The translations under genes were made by a program, and so were the position numbers. Positions 39,101-46,905 of a DNA stretch of 64,000 nucleotides are shown piece after piece. Every line of letters begins with the position of its first letter. Position 1 is the stretch's first letter. The notes below the pieces were generated by a model. That model was not told the DNA's origin and did no database searches. It saw only the letters and a program-made list of their open reading frames with translations. The DNA lies in assembly GCA_002319915.1 (NCBI GenBank), contig DCFQ01000021.1, forward strand, positions 47,643 through 111,642. Direction: 5' to 3'. The stretch is from Bacteroidales bacterium UBA1800. GTDB lineage: Bacteria; Bacteroidota; Bacteroidia; Bacteroidales; VadinHA17.

Positions 39101-39314
39101 CGGGCATGGCATCGCCGGTTGAACCATCTGTTATCTTACCGGACACCCTGATCTGCTGCTGCTCGTCAGCAGAAGGATTTCCTGATGCAAGTGCATTGGC
39201 GGGTAGCACCAATCCACAACCCAGCAGGAAGATCGTAATTTTCACCGCCAGCATTAGCCTGCGAAAATTACCATTTGGCTCTGAGGGCCAAATACTACAG
39301 GTAGTTTTTTTCAT
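36147..39314 (-). CDS. susC: SusC-type TonB-dependent transporter (no STN domain)
   Basis: 1055 aa with a carboxypeptidase-regulatory-like domain (VSGKITDGSTGDAMPGVNIVVKGT), a plug (TonB-box region VVVTGYGT) and a barrel ending LSF. Confidence 0.9.
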   Translation of the reverse strand: MKKTTCSIWPSEPNGNFRRLMLAVKITIFLLGCGLVLPANALASGNPSADEQQQIRVSGKITDGSTGDAMPGVNIVVKGTSLGAIADVEGKYSIMVNDRNATLIFSFIGYVTAEVPLDGRTIADVHMVSEVKGLEEVVVTGYGTTKKASLTGSVSAVNGETLKQSPVTNLTNSLIGRIPGITSIQKSGEPGYDAATITIRGANTLGDNSPLIVVDGIPHRSLDRLDPSDIESFTVLKDASAAIYGTQAANGVILVTTKRGRVGKPSITLNLSTGFNQPTVIPKMADAATYATMLNEIAYYANTGGGRNQKYSDSDIQKYKDGSDPWGHPNTDWFGETFKNWSAQNYQNVSISGGTENMKYFLSLGTKYEDAYYKHSATSFRQYDFRTNIDGKISKNIDISFDVSGRQENRNFPTRSAGSIFRMIMRGKPNMPAYWPNGLPGPDIEYGDNPVVICTDQTGFDHDRRYVMESNVRLNVKLPWVKGLSVQANASYDKIFKFEKVFDKPWYLYSWDGVTYGENSLPELTKGKRGFDAAQLTQNTQDGNKTTFNAFATYENTFGTVHNIKIMAGIEAQSGLNDYMNAFRKNYVTDLIPQLFAGAYDEYMTNNGWADQNARFSYFGRFNYDYSRKYLVEVVMRYDGSYMFKPGKNYGFFPGVSLGWRLSDESFFKDNLTIFDDFKLRASWGQTGNDRIYYNDQLKEYQFLSTYSFDSQPYVFGKSINNKRLLENVVPNPDVTWEVANQYNLGFNATMLKSKLTIDADVFYNLRSGILWQASAIVPESTGMTLPPQNIGKVSNRGFEFQITYRNNAGDLFYDVSLNGSYARNKIDFTFDTPGIPEYQKAQGKPMGAGLNYVATGIFQDEASLDAYPHWANARPGDIIFKDVDNSGTIDGLDRVRDSRNNMPRFITGLNANLGYKQFDLSLLFQGAFGAQVQINPESGEIGNFYTYYSDNRWTPENTNTNLPRAWNRDNEYWRSQGNTFWYFSTNYVRLKSLEIGYTLPATVNSKLGISKLRVYASGLNLLTFSKMKLIDPELNAGTDYPLQRVANLGLVLSF

Positions 39315-39865
39315 ACTGTCAAGTTGTTAGTTAATAATTCAGGTTGGGTAAAATAAATAAGCATAATATATTGATTAACAATAAAACACGACCCTGACGC
39401 CCCGCAGGTTTACGCCAGGGCACGGGTCACTTATACTGTTTTAAGTGTTAAGGATTAACTTTTACTGATTTCTGATTTGAAACGAAAATGCGATAGGTTT
39501 CTCATTGGGTTAGGGGCAGTTGGGTTAGTTTTAAAATTCAGGTCCAAAAACACCGCCGGATCATTTCATCCGGTTTTCAAAGGCAAACTTACTTGGTTAG
39601 TGGTCAGGTCACATTCTGTAGTGAACAAAATACTTATCGTAAATTTATAAAAATTAAAAGTGTAAAAACTACACTTATTAACTTAATAATTTACTTTTCT
39701 ATCTTTTTTTTCTTTAGAACTATATAACTATTTTCAGATCAGGGTATTGGGTATTTAAACTTGCTTCCGTAAAACGAAACAATATAATCAACTTGTTTAA
39801 CAAAAACAAGATTTTATCAAATTTTAACCATCCCGGGGACCCTGGCTAGGGGTCTTTCCAGGGCA

Positions 39866-41395
39866 TTATTGCACCGTATTCCCGGTCTTCACGTCAAAGT
39901 CGCACACAACCCTGAACCCAACATTGAAACAGTCGGAGTACCACCATATGCTTTTTGGCATCTGGGGATCCGTCTTCAGCCAGGCATCCGTTTTTGTATA
40001 ATCCCTTGCTGCACACCTGACGAGCCCTGCAGGATTCATAAAGGTCCCGCCCCTGATAACATGCTCCTTTCCAGATGCCGGGCCGGCAGGGTCCCTGAGC
40101 GTCCCTGCAGGATATTTTGAATAGGCTTCCGGATCGTACCAGTCGGAGCAGAATTCAGCGACATTTCCAAGCATGTTCTTCAACCCGAAAGGATTGGCCT
40201 TCACAAAATCGGGAAGTTCGGTCTTCGTCGGACTGTTGTCCTTGTAAACAACATATGAATTGATTTCCGTAGTGTCGTTTTTCGAGAACCTGGCCCGGAA
40301 CCCGGTCCTTTCAAATTTATTCGGATCTCCCGGGAAGAAGTACGGTGTGCTTGTCCCGCCCCTGGCGGCGTATTCCCACTCAGCTTCCGTTGGCAGCCTG
40401 TAGGTCTTGCCCGACACCTGTGAAAGCCATTTGCAGTAAACTTCGGCCGCATGGTATGAATAGGATATTGCTGGCCTTTTGCCCAGCCCCCAACCCTGGT
40501 CGGGCTGTCCGTACGGAGGTGTGGCACCCGAAATGGCATCCACCCCGGCAGCCTGCTCTCTCTTTCTCACTCCTTCGGTATCGCTCGAGCGGCCTTCGGT
40601 GGATGTCTGGACATAGAATGCCAGGTATTCGTCCCATGAGAGCTCGATCTCGGCCATGAAGAACTGCTTTATTTCAACATCCCGCTGTGGTCCCTCATCT
40701 GCCTTTCTGAACGGTTCATTCTCCGGGCTTCCCATTTTGAATGTTCCGCCAGGGATGGCGATCATATTGAAGCTGATTGATGAACCGGGGATTTTCTCCG
40801 TAAAATTCTTAAATTCCGTGACTTTTGCGGGTTCCTTGTATATTTCCTTCGGTGCAGAGGAAGCGCTTCCGAAGGTCTTGTTGCTGCCATGGGTATATCC
40901 CGGGATAAGGTGTCCGGCATTGAGATGGCAGTTTATGCAATTAAGGTCGGGAGTCTTTTTCTGTTCCGTGTAATAAAGGTGAGCATCCTCCCCCTCCTTG
41001 CTGAGCTTTGCCGGGAACAGATTCTCGTGGCACTTGATACAGCTCGATTCATATGTATAGACGCGGGCCAGTTCAAGCCTCTTCCTGTCCTCCCATTTGA
41101 AAGAAGCCGAATCTTTGGTCCAGTAGCTCCAAAGGTCGCGGAGACCTGTCTTTGCCTTGGCAAAAAGATATCCCTTGCCTTTGGGCGGAAGGTGGCATTC
41201 TGTACAGCTTACCCTGTATCCTGACTGCGTATCATAATGGACGGATTTCTTCCAGGACGCGTCAGCCTGCGGATGAATATGGCAGGACACACAGTATGCT
41301 GATGTCGAGGTTTTACTGATGGCAAAGTTTGCGCCCAGTATAACCAGGGAGCCGGCGATCAACCCCGGGAGGAACCATAAGAGAAACTTCTTCAT
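39866..41395 (-). CDS. fusion protein: membrane-anchored NapC/NirT-type tetraheme cytochrome c + FGE/SUMF1-type domain
   Basis: 509 aa with an N-terminal TM helix and four CxxCH motifs (CVSCH, CTECH, CIKCH, CINCH). The C-terminal half carries SUMF1 hallmarks (YRLPTEAEWEYAARGG, GNVAEFCSDWY, VIRGGTF). Confidence 0.8.
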   Translation of the reverse strand: MKKFLLWFLPGLIAGSLVILGANFAISKTSTSAYCVSCHIHPQADASWKKSVHYDTQSGYRVSCTECHLPPKGKGYLFAKAKTGLRDLWSYWTKDSASFKWEDRKRLELARVYTYESSCIKCHENLFPAKLSKEGEDAHLYYTEQKKTPDLNCINCHLNAGHLIPGYTHGSNKTFGSASSAPKEIYKEPAKVTEFKNFTEKIPGSSISFNMIAIPGGTFKMGSPENEPFRKADEGPQRDVEIKQFFMAEIELSWDEYLAFYVQTSTEGRSSDTEGVRKREQAAGVDAISGATPPYGQPDQGWGLGKRPAISYSYHAAEVYCKWLSQVSGKTYRLPTEAEWEYAARGGTSTPYFFPGDPNKFERTGFRARFSKNDTTEINSYVVYKDNSPTKTELPDFVKANPFGLKNMLGNVAEFCSDWYDPEAYSKYPAGTLRDPAGPASGKEHVIRGGTFMNPAGLVRCAARDYTKTDAWLKTDPQMPKSIWWYSDCFNVGFRVVCDFDVKTGNTVQ

Positions 41396-41467
41396 AGATT
41401 ATAAAAATGCTGGCGTCAAGATAGAAAATTATCCCAAATCACAAAAACTATCGGAAGGATTAAATTG

Positions 41468-41541
41468 CTGCTGGTTGCCTGTTCCTTGTTGCTTGTTGTT
41501 CTGCCTTAACCTGCAACCAGTAACCAGTAACCAGCAACCAA
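41468..41541. repeat. heptad-periodic hairpin element (GGTTGC... / CAACCAG TAACCAG TAACCAG CAACCA)
   Basis: Left arm ctgctggttgcctgttccttgttgcttgttg; right arm ctgcaaccagtaaccagtaaccagcaaccaa. Confidence 0.65.
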
Positions 41542-41560
41542 TTATCCAGCAACTAACTCT

Positions 41561-41615
41561 TCCTGTTATATTCATCAAAAAAGTCATTCCCCTTGTCATC
41601 GGTGAGAATGAAACA
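41561..41615 (-). pseudogene. duplicated relic of the fumarase 3' end
   Basis: The minus strand reads [17 protein letters not shown], against the true C-terminus [17 protein letters not shown] at 41701..41755. About 43 of 47 nt are identical in the core. Confidence 0.8.
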
Positions 41616-41638
41616 GGAAAGGTTCATGCTGCAACCGG

Positions 41639-41700
41639 GCGTCAGGCGAAAGGCGTCAGGTGCCAGGCTGTCTGAAACCTGAAGCCTGAAACCTGAAACC
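41639..41700. repeat. heptad-periodic element (GTCAGGC... / CTGAAAC CTGAAGC CTGAAAC CTGAAAC)
   Basis: gcgtcaggcgaaaggcgtcaggtgccaggc tgt ctgaaacctgaagcctgaaacctgaaacc. It abuts the fumarase stop codon. Confidence 0.65.
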
Positions 41701-43311
41701 TTATTTATTATATTCATCAAAGAAGTCATTCCCCTTGTCATCGGTAAGGATGAATGCCGCCATATTCTCGACCCGGATCTTCCTAACCGCTTCCATTCCA
41801 AGGTCTTCAAAATCTACAAGCTCAACGGATTTTATATTCTCAGCCGCCAGGATTGCAGCCGGGCCCCCGATCGATCCGAGGTAGAATCCCCCGTGTTTTT
41901 TGCATGCTTCGATCACCTGCCTGCTGCGGTTTCCCTTTGCGACCATCACCAGCGATCCACCCAGGCTCTGGAAGAGATCCACATATGTATCCATCCTTCC
42001 GGCTGTTGTGGGGCCAAAGCTTCCCGAAGCCATTCCTTCCGGGGTCTTTGCCGGGCCGGCATAGTAAACCGGGTGATCCTTAAAGTACCCCGGCATCAGG
42101 CTGCCCTCATCAAGCAGCTTTTTTATCCTTGCGTGGGCGATATCACGGGCAACAATCAGTGTCCCCTTCAGATTAAGCCTCGTTTTTACGGGGTACTTTG
42201 AAAGCTGGGCCAGGATCTCCTTCATCGGCCTGTCGAGGTCAACCTCCACTGCCGGGGCCAGTTCGGGAGCCTTCCGGGGCATGAACCGTGCGGGGTTGTG
42301 CTCGAGCTCTTCCAGGAAGATCCCTTTACCGTTGATCCGTGCCTTAATATTCCTGTCAGCGCTGCAGCTTACGCCCAGCCCCACCGGGCAGGAGGCTGCA
42401 TGCCTGGGCAGCCTGATCACCCTTACATCATGGACAAAATATTTCCCGCCGAACTGGGCCCCCACGCCATATTCATGGCAGATCGTTTCAATCTTCTTTT
42501 CCCATTCCAGGTCGCGGAAAGCCCTTCCGCTTTCATTTCCTGAGGTTGGCAGGCCATCAAGGTAACCGGCAGAAGCTTCTTTTACCGTTTTCAGTGTCGC
42601 TTCTGCCGAAGTTCCCCCTATAACCAGTGCGAGATGGTACGGGGGACAGGCTGAAGTTCCTAATTCTTTGATCTTTTCCTTTACAAACTTTACCATCGCT
42701 TCTTCATTCAGGAGCGATTTATTCTGCTGAAAAAGGAAGGTCTTGTTTGCGGATCCTCCGCCCTTCGTAATGAAAAGAAACTCATAAGAGTCCCCTTCGC
42801 TGGAATAAATGTCGATCTGTGCCGGCAGGTTGGTCGCCGAGTTCTTTTCATCGAACATCGAAAACGGCACAATCTGGGAATACCTCAGGTTCTTTTCGCG
42901 GAAAGTCTCATAGATTCCTTTTGAAAGGTGCTGCGCATCGTTGACGCCAGTCCACACTCCCTCCCCTTTCCTGCCGATCACGATTGCCGTTCCGGTATCC
43001 TGGCACCATGGCAGCTTGCCTTCAGCGGAAATGACTGAATTCTTAAGCATGACGTAAGCCACAAAACGATCGTTATCAGTCGCTTCCGGGTCGCTCAGGA
43101 TAGCAGAAAGCTTTTCGAGATGGGATGTCCTGAGGAAGAAGGAGATTTCCGAGACTGCAGTTCCCGCCAGGAGTTCCAGTCCCCTGGGGTCGACCTTAAG
43201 GATCTTCCTGCCACCGGCTTCGATTATCTCGACAAAATCGTCGGTGAGGAGCCTGTACATCGTGGTGTCCTCTCCCTTCTGAAAGGGTTTTTCGTAAATA
43301 AATTGTGCCAT
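41701..43311 (-). CDS. fumA: class I (Fe-S) fumarate hydratase
   Basis: 536 aa as a single polypeptide with alpha and beta domains. It has the typical class I layout ([12 protein letters not shown]..., GGTSAE..., C-terminal domain GPTTAGRMD). Confidence 0.9.
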   Translation of the reverse strand: MAQFIYEKPFQKGEDTTMYRLLTDDFVEIIEAGGRKILKVDPRGLELLAGTAVSEISFFLRTSHLEKLSAILSDPEATDNDRFVAYVMLKNSVISAEGKLPWCQDTGTAIVIGRKGEGVWTGVNDAQHLSKGIYETFREKNLRYSQIVPFSMFDEKNSATNLPAQIDIYSSEGDSYEFLFITKGGGSANKTFLFQQNKSLLNEEAMVKFVKEKIKELGTSACPPYHLALVIGGTSAEATLKTVKEASAGYLDGLPTSGNESGRAFRDLEWEKKIETICHEYGVGAQFGGKYFVHDVRVIRLPRHAASCPVGLGVSCSADRNIKARINGKGIFLEELEHNPARFMPRKAPELAPAVEVDLDRPMKEILAQLSKYPVKTRLNLKGTLIVARDIAHARIKKLLDEGSLMPGYFKDHPVYYAGPAKTPEGMASGSFGPTTAGRMDTYVDLFQSLGGSLVMVAKGNRSRQVIEACKKHGGFYLGSIGGPAAILAAENIKSVELVDFEDLGMEAVRKIRVENMAAFILTDDKGNDFFDEYNK

Positions 43312-43750
43312 GGCTGTTGTTATTTTATTAACAGATGAATTTCCGGAATAAGGGCTTTCTCAAATATACTAACAAAAGGAAAGATTATTAGTGAGCAATG
43401 TCATGAATGCAGCAATCTGGGTGTCAGTTTGTCCCCCGTCCTTCCAAAAGATAGGACTTTAACCCCGTTCATGAAGTGGGTGGTATATGGTAAGTTTCCC
43501 CCCGCAGAGCTCAGTTCCTTTTGCCCAATACTCACGAAGGTTCGTGGAAACTGACGGAATCAACCACCCCGTCCGGTATTATCTATGGTAATGAATTGAT
43601 CATCTTAGTGTTCCGGACACCCCTCCTTCAAAAGGAGGGGAAATGATATATTATAGACATTCAGTTATTAACAGAAACATTAAATGCTTCACGGGCTTTT
43701 CTTCTTTACAATTAGATGTGTATAAAGTGGACCTAAGGTGATGGGGCCTT

Positions 43751-44593
43751 TTACGCTATTTCTGAAAACCCGAACTTCTCCCTGGCCCGGATACCCTTGG
43801 GGGTCATGTGAAGAGTACAGCATTCGACAGCCTCATCGTGCTGAAATACCAGGATATAGTTGTTTTCCAGGGCTTCCCTCAGCAGCCGGCCCTTCTCCGT
43901 GATAGTTTTAAGCGACTCGATATCATAGCTCATATTCCAGAGCAGCGGGATGTGTGCAACGCTTGGGATAAGATCGCCTGTGTATACAATGGTTTTCGTG
44001 TTATAACTGATGACCGGGATCATGAGCCCCGGAGTGTGGCCGTTGCAGATCCTGACCGAAAACCCTTCAAAAAGTTCGCAATCACCTTCGACCAGATTCA
44101 GACCGGGATACCCGGCAATCGGCTTGATATTGTCTGCAGGATATGAATCCTCTTCGCGCGGATTGCCTGCCAGCGCCCATTCAAGCTGCGACCGCGTCAC
44201 ATGGATGACCGCATTCGGGAAGGCAGGCTTGTACCCTGGAGACCCAGTGCTCCTGTTGAAAGCCCCGCCGCAGTGGTCGGCATGGAGATGGGTCAGGACT
44301 ACATCTGTGATATCTCCCGGGGAATAGCCGCGGCTCCTCAATCCTTCAAAGAGGCCCTCCCCTCCGTGTATGTAAGTATACCTGAAAAATCTCTCGTCCT
44401 GCTTGCTGCCCCAGCCTGTATCCACGAGGATGACATGATCCCCTGTCTCCACAACCAGCGATCTGAGCGGGAGTGTGATCAGGTTGTTCTCGTCGGCAGG
44501 GTACACCCTCGACCACATGGCTTTGGGGATCACCCCGAACATTGCCCCGCCGTCGACCTTGAAGTTTGCTATATTGAACATACTCAGCTTCAT
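43751..44593 (-). CDS. MBL-fold metallo-hydrolase
   Basis: 280 aa with an HLHADHCGG metal-binding motif. Confidence 0.8.
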   Translation of the reverse strand: MKLSMFNIANFKVDGGAMFGVIPKAMWSRVYPADENNLITLPLRSLVVETGDHVILVDTGWGSKQDERFFRYTYIHGGEGLFEGLRSRGYSPGDITDVVLTHLHADHCGGAFNRSTGSPGYKPAFPNAVIHVTRSQLEWALAGNPREEDSYPADNIKPIAGYPGLNLVEGDCELFEGFSVRICNGHTPGLMIPVISYNTKTIVYTGDLIPSVAHIPLLWNMSYDIESLKTITEKGRLLREALENNYILVFQHDEAVECCTLHMTPKGIRAREKFGFSEIA

Positions 44594-44608
44594 ATCACAG
44601 AGTATAAT

Positions 44609-45787
44609 TTACTTTCCTTTTTTGCTCGTCAACTGTGCCATAATTCTCATCAGCAGACGGATCATCTGGTACGACAGCCAGCCACTGAACTGGGTGAACC
44701 AGGTCTTTCGCCTCAGGTAATCCTCGAATGTCACCTGCCTGCAATCTTTCCTGATTATTTTCATAAGGATTTTTTCGAACCTTTCCGTGAAACCTGCATC
44801 CTCCACTTCCACATTCATCTCAACGCTCCCGTAATCGCTCACGTGGTTAAGATTGTAGCTTCCGATGGTGCACCACTTGCCATCAACGGTTGCGATCTTA
44901 GCATGAAGGTTTGAGGGCAGGTATTCATAGATCCTTATGTTATTCCTGAGGATGTAATCGTACAGGAATCCCGTTGCCCTTTTAAAAATGGGGGCATCTG
45001 ATTCGGCGGCCAGGACGATCCTTATATCAACCCCTCTTGAGCTCGCTATCCTCAGGAGCTTTCGTTCAAGCCGGCCGGGCAGGAAATAACTTGCAAATAT
45101 TATCATCCGGTCCTGTGAATGCTTGAAAGCCGACCTGTAGCTTTTCAGGATCTCGATCTTGTTGCGGTACCAGTTGTTCTGGATGACCCTCAAGCTGATA
45201 TTGTTTTCATAGAGTCTGACATTATGGACCATCTCAGCCGACCTTTCGGTTTTTGGCAGCAAAGGCTTGTTCCACAGCTTTTTCAATATGCTGTTCACAT
45301 GCACGCATTCAGGGCCTTTTATCAGGACCGCGAAATCAAGCCAGGCCTTCTTCCCGGAGGTTCCGTGATACCTGTCGGCGAAGTTCATGCCTCCGATTAT
45401 GGCAACCTCCCCGTCGGCAAGGAGTACCTTGTGATGAAGCCTCAGGCTGAGCTGGAATCCTTTCGTTGTGAAATTCGGTGAGAAGAACCTGAACAAGATC
45501 CCGGCATTCTCGATCCTCGTGACCAGTTCGCCGGAAAGGTATTTCGTACCGTAAGCGTCGAGGAGAAGGTATACCCTCACGCCTCTTGCGGCGGCCCTTA
45601 TGAGGGCATCGATTATTCTCAGCCCGGTCTCATCTTCGTCGACGATATATGTCTGCAGATGGATGAAGTGCCTTGCATGGTCGATCAATTCAATGTTGGC
45701 GGCAAAGAACGGCTCACCGCTCTGAAGGAGCTCAACAAAGTGTCCTTCAGAATAATCATGTACGGTGCGTCTTCTGATCCTTGCCAT
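44609..45787 (-). CDS. phospholipase D-family protein (ClsB-like cardiolipin/phospholipid synthase)
   Basis: 392 aa with two HKD motifs (HHKVLLADGEVAIIGGMN; LHAKIATVDGKWCTIGSYN). Confidence 0.8.
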   Translation of the reverse strand: MARIRRRTVHDYSEGHFVELLQSGEPFFAANIELIDHARHFIHLQTYIVDEDETGLRIIDALIRAAARGVRVYLLLDAYGTKYLSGELVTRIENAGILFRFFSPNFTTKGFQLSLRLHHKVLLADGEVAIIGGMNFADRYHGTSGKKAWLDFAVLIKGPECVHVNSILKKLWNKPLLPKTERSAEMVHNVRLYENNISLRVIQNNWYRNKIEILKSYRSAFKHSQDRMIIFASYFLPGRLERKLLRIASSRGVDIRIVLAAESDAPIFKRATGFLYDYILRNNIRIYEYLPSNLHAKIATVDGKWCTIGSYNLNHVSDYGSVEMNVEVEDAGFTERFEKILMKIIRKDCRQVTFEDYLRRKTWFTQFSGWLSYQMIRLLMRIMAQLTSKKGK

Positions 45788-45876
45788 CCGGGAAGAATAA
45801 TATTACAAATATAAAACTTTAGGCAATGTATCTGATTGATCTTTACATACAATGCTGAAGTAAAAACTGACACTGA

Positions 45877-45894
45877 TCCCGATAGCTATCTGGA
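45877..45894. repeat. degenerate copy of the 18-bp palindrome TCCCGATAGCTATCGGGA
   Basis: tcccgatagctatctgga (1 mismatch), followed by cgcggaggatcacaggg modules. Confidence 0.6.
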
Positions 45895-46041
45895 CGCGGA
45901 GGATCACAGGGTATCATGGAGAGCCCTAAACATAACTCCATGTTAATCTGTGACTTCTCAGCGCAACCTCGTGTAACAATAGTCGTCCCATCCGATTTTA
46001 ACAGAAAAAGCTTACCTTCGAATTTTAAAAACCCGAAACAA

Positions 46042-46905
46042 ATGACAAGAAGAAACATGATTGGCGGGCTTGCAGGCGCTGCTGCGTTCTCTGCTGCCAA
46101 ACCCATCGGTTCCCTTGCAGGGATCGTTGAACCTCAAACAAGCCTTAAGGGGAATATCCACCATTCCGTCAGCCAATGGTGTTATTCCGACATCCCGTTG
46201 GAGGAATTTGCCAGAGCATGCAAGGAAATGGGACTGGAATCCATTGAGCTCCTGAACGAAAAAGACTGGGCAACAGTTGCAAAGGCAGGGTTGAAATGTG
46301 CCGTAGGCTATGCCACCGACTGGGGTATCCCCAAAGGTTTCAACAGGATTGAGAACCATGACAAGCTCATCAAGGATTTCGAGGCCATGATCCCCAAAGC
46401 TGCAGCAGCAGGGGTTCCCAACCTGATCTGCTTTTCCGGCAACAGGGAAGGCCAGGATGATAATGTCGGGCTGATCAATTGCGCCGCCGGATTGCGGAAG
46501 CTCATGCCATCCGCTGAAAAATACGGGGTTACCATCATCATGGAATTGCTGAACAGCTACGGGCATAAGGATTACCAGTGCGATAAATCATCATGGGGTG
46601 CGGCGCTGTGTGAAATGGTGGGATCGGACCGGTTCAAGCTCCTGTACGACATTTACCACATGCAGATCATGGAGGGGAATATCATCGAGCATATTACTGA
46701 TTACGCAAAATATATCGGGCATATTCACACCGGCGGGGGACCCGGCCGTAACGAGATCGACGAAACACAGGAGCTCAATTACCCCGCAATCATGAAGGCC
46801 CTGCTTAAGACCGGGTACAAGGGATATGTCGGACAGGAATTCGTTCCCTCCCAGGCAGACAAGCTTGCCTCGCTGAAAAAGTGCATCCTGATCTGCGATG
46901 TTTAG
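46042..46905 (+). CDS. xylose-isomerase-like TIM-barrel protein (hydroxypyruvate-isomerase-like) with TAT signal
   Basis: The start is set at MTRRNMIGGLAGAAAFSAA. The family pattern is IMELLN..., YDIYHMQIMEG, HIHTGG. Confidence 0.8.
   Translation: MTRRNMIGGLAGAAAFSAAKPIGSLAGIVEPQTSLKGNIHHSVSQWCYSDIPLEEFARACKEMGLESIELLNEKDWATVAKAGLKCAVGYATDWGIPKGFNRIENHDKLIKDFEAMIPKAAAAGVPNLICFSGNREGQDDNVGLINCAAGLRKLMPSAEKYGVTIIMELLNSYGHKDYQCDKSSWGAALCEMVGSDRFKLLYDIYHMQIMEGNIIEHITDYAKYIGHIHTGGGPGRNEIDETQELNYPAIMKALLKTGYKGYVGQEFVPSQADKLASLKKCILICDV

Noticed and set aside
41553-41810. 85-aa minus-strand ORF spanning the fumarase stop region
   Set aside because: It is a chimera created by the duplicated fumarase tail and the heptad repeat. 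It overlaps the real fumarase C-terminus in another register and has no independent coding signal.
43751-45787. PLD-family + MBL-fold gene pair as a possible nuclease-based defence system
   Set aside because: The PLD protein has the two-HKD ClsB-like layout and size of phospholipid synthases. The MBL protein looks like a common housekeeping hydrolase. There are no NTPase, methylase or sensor partners and no compositional anomaly.
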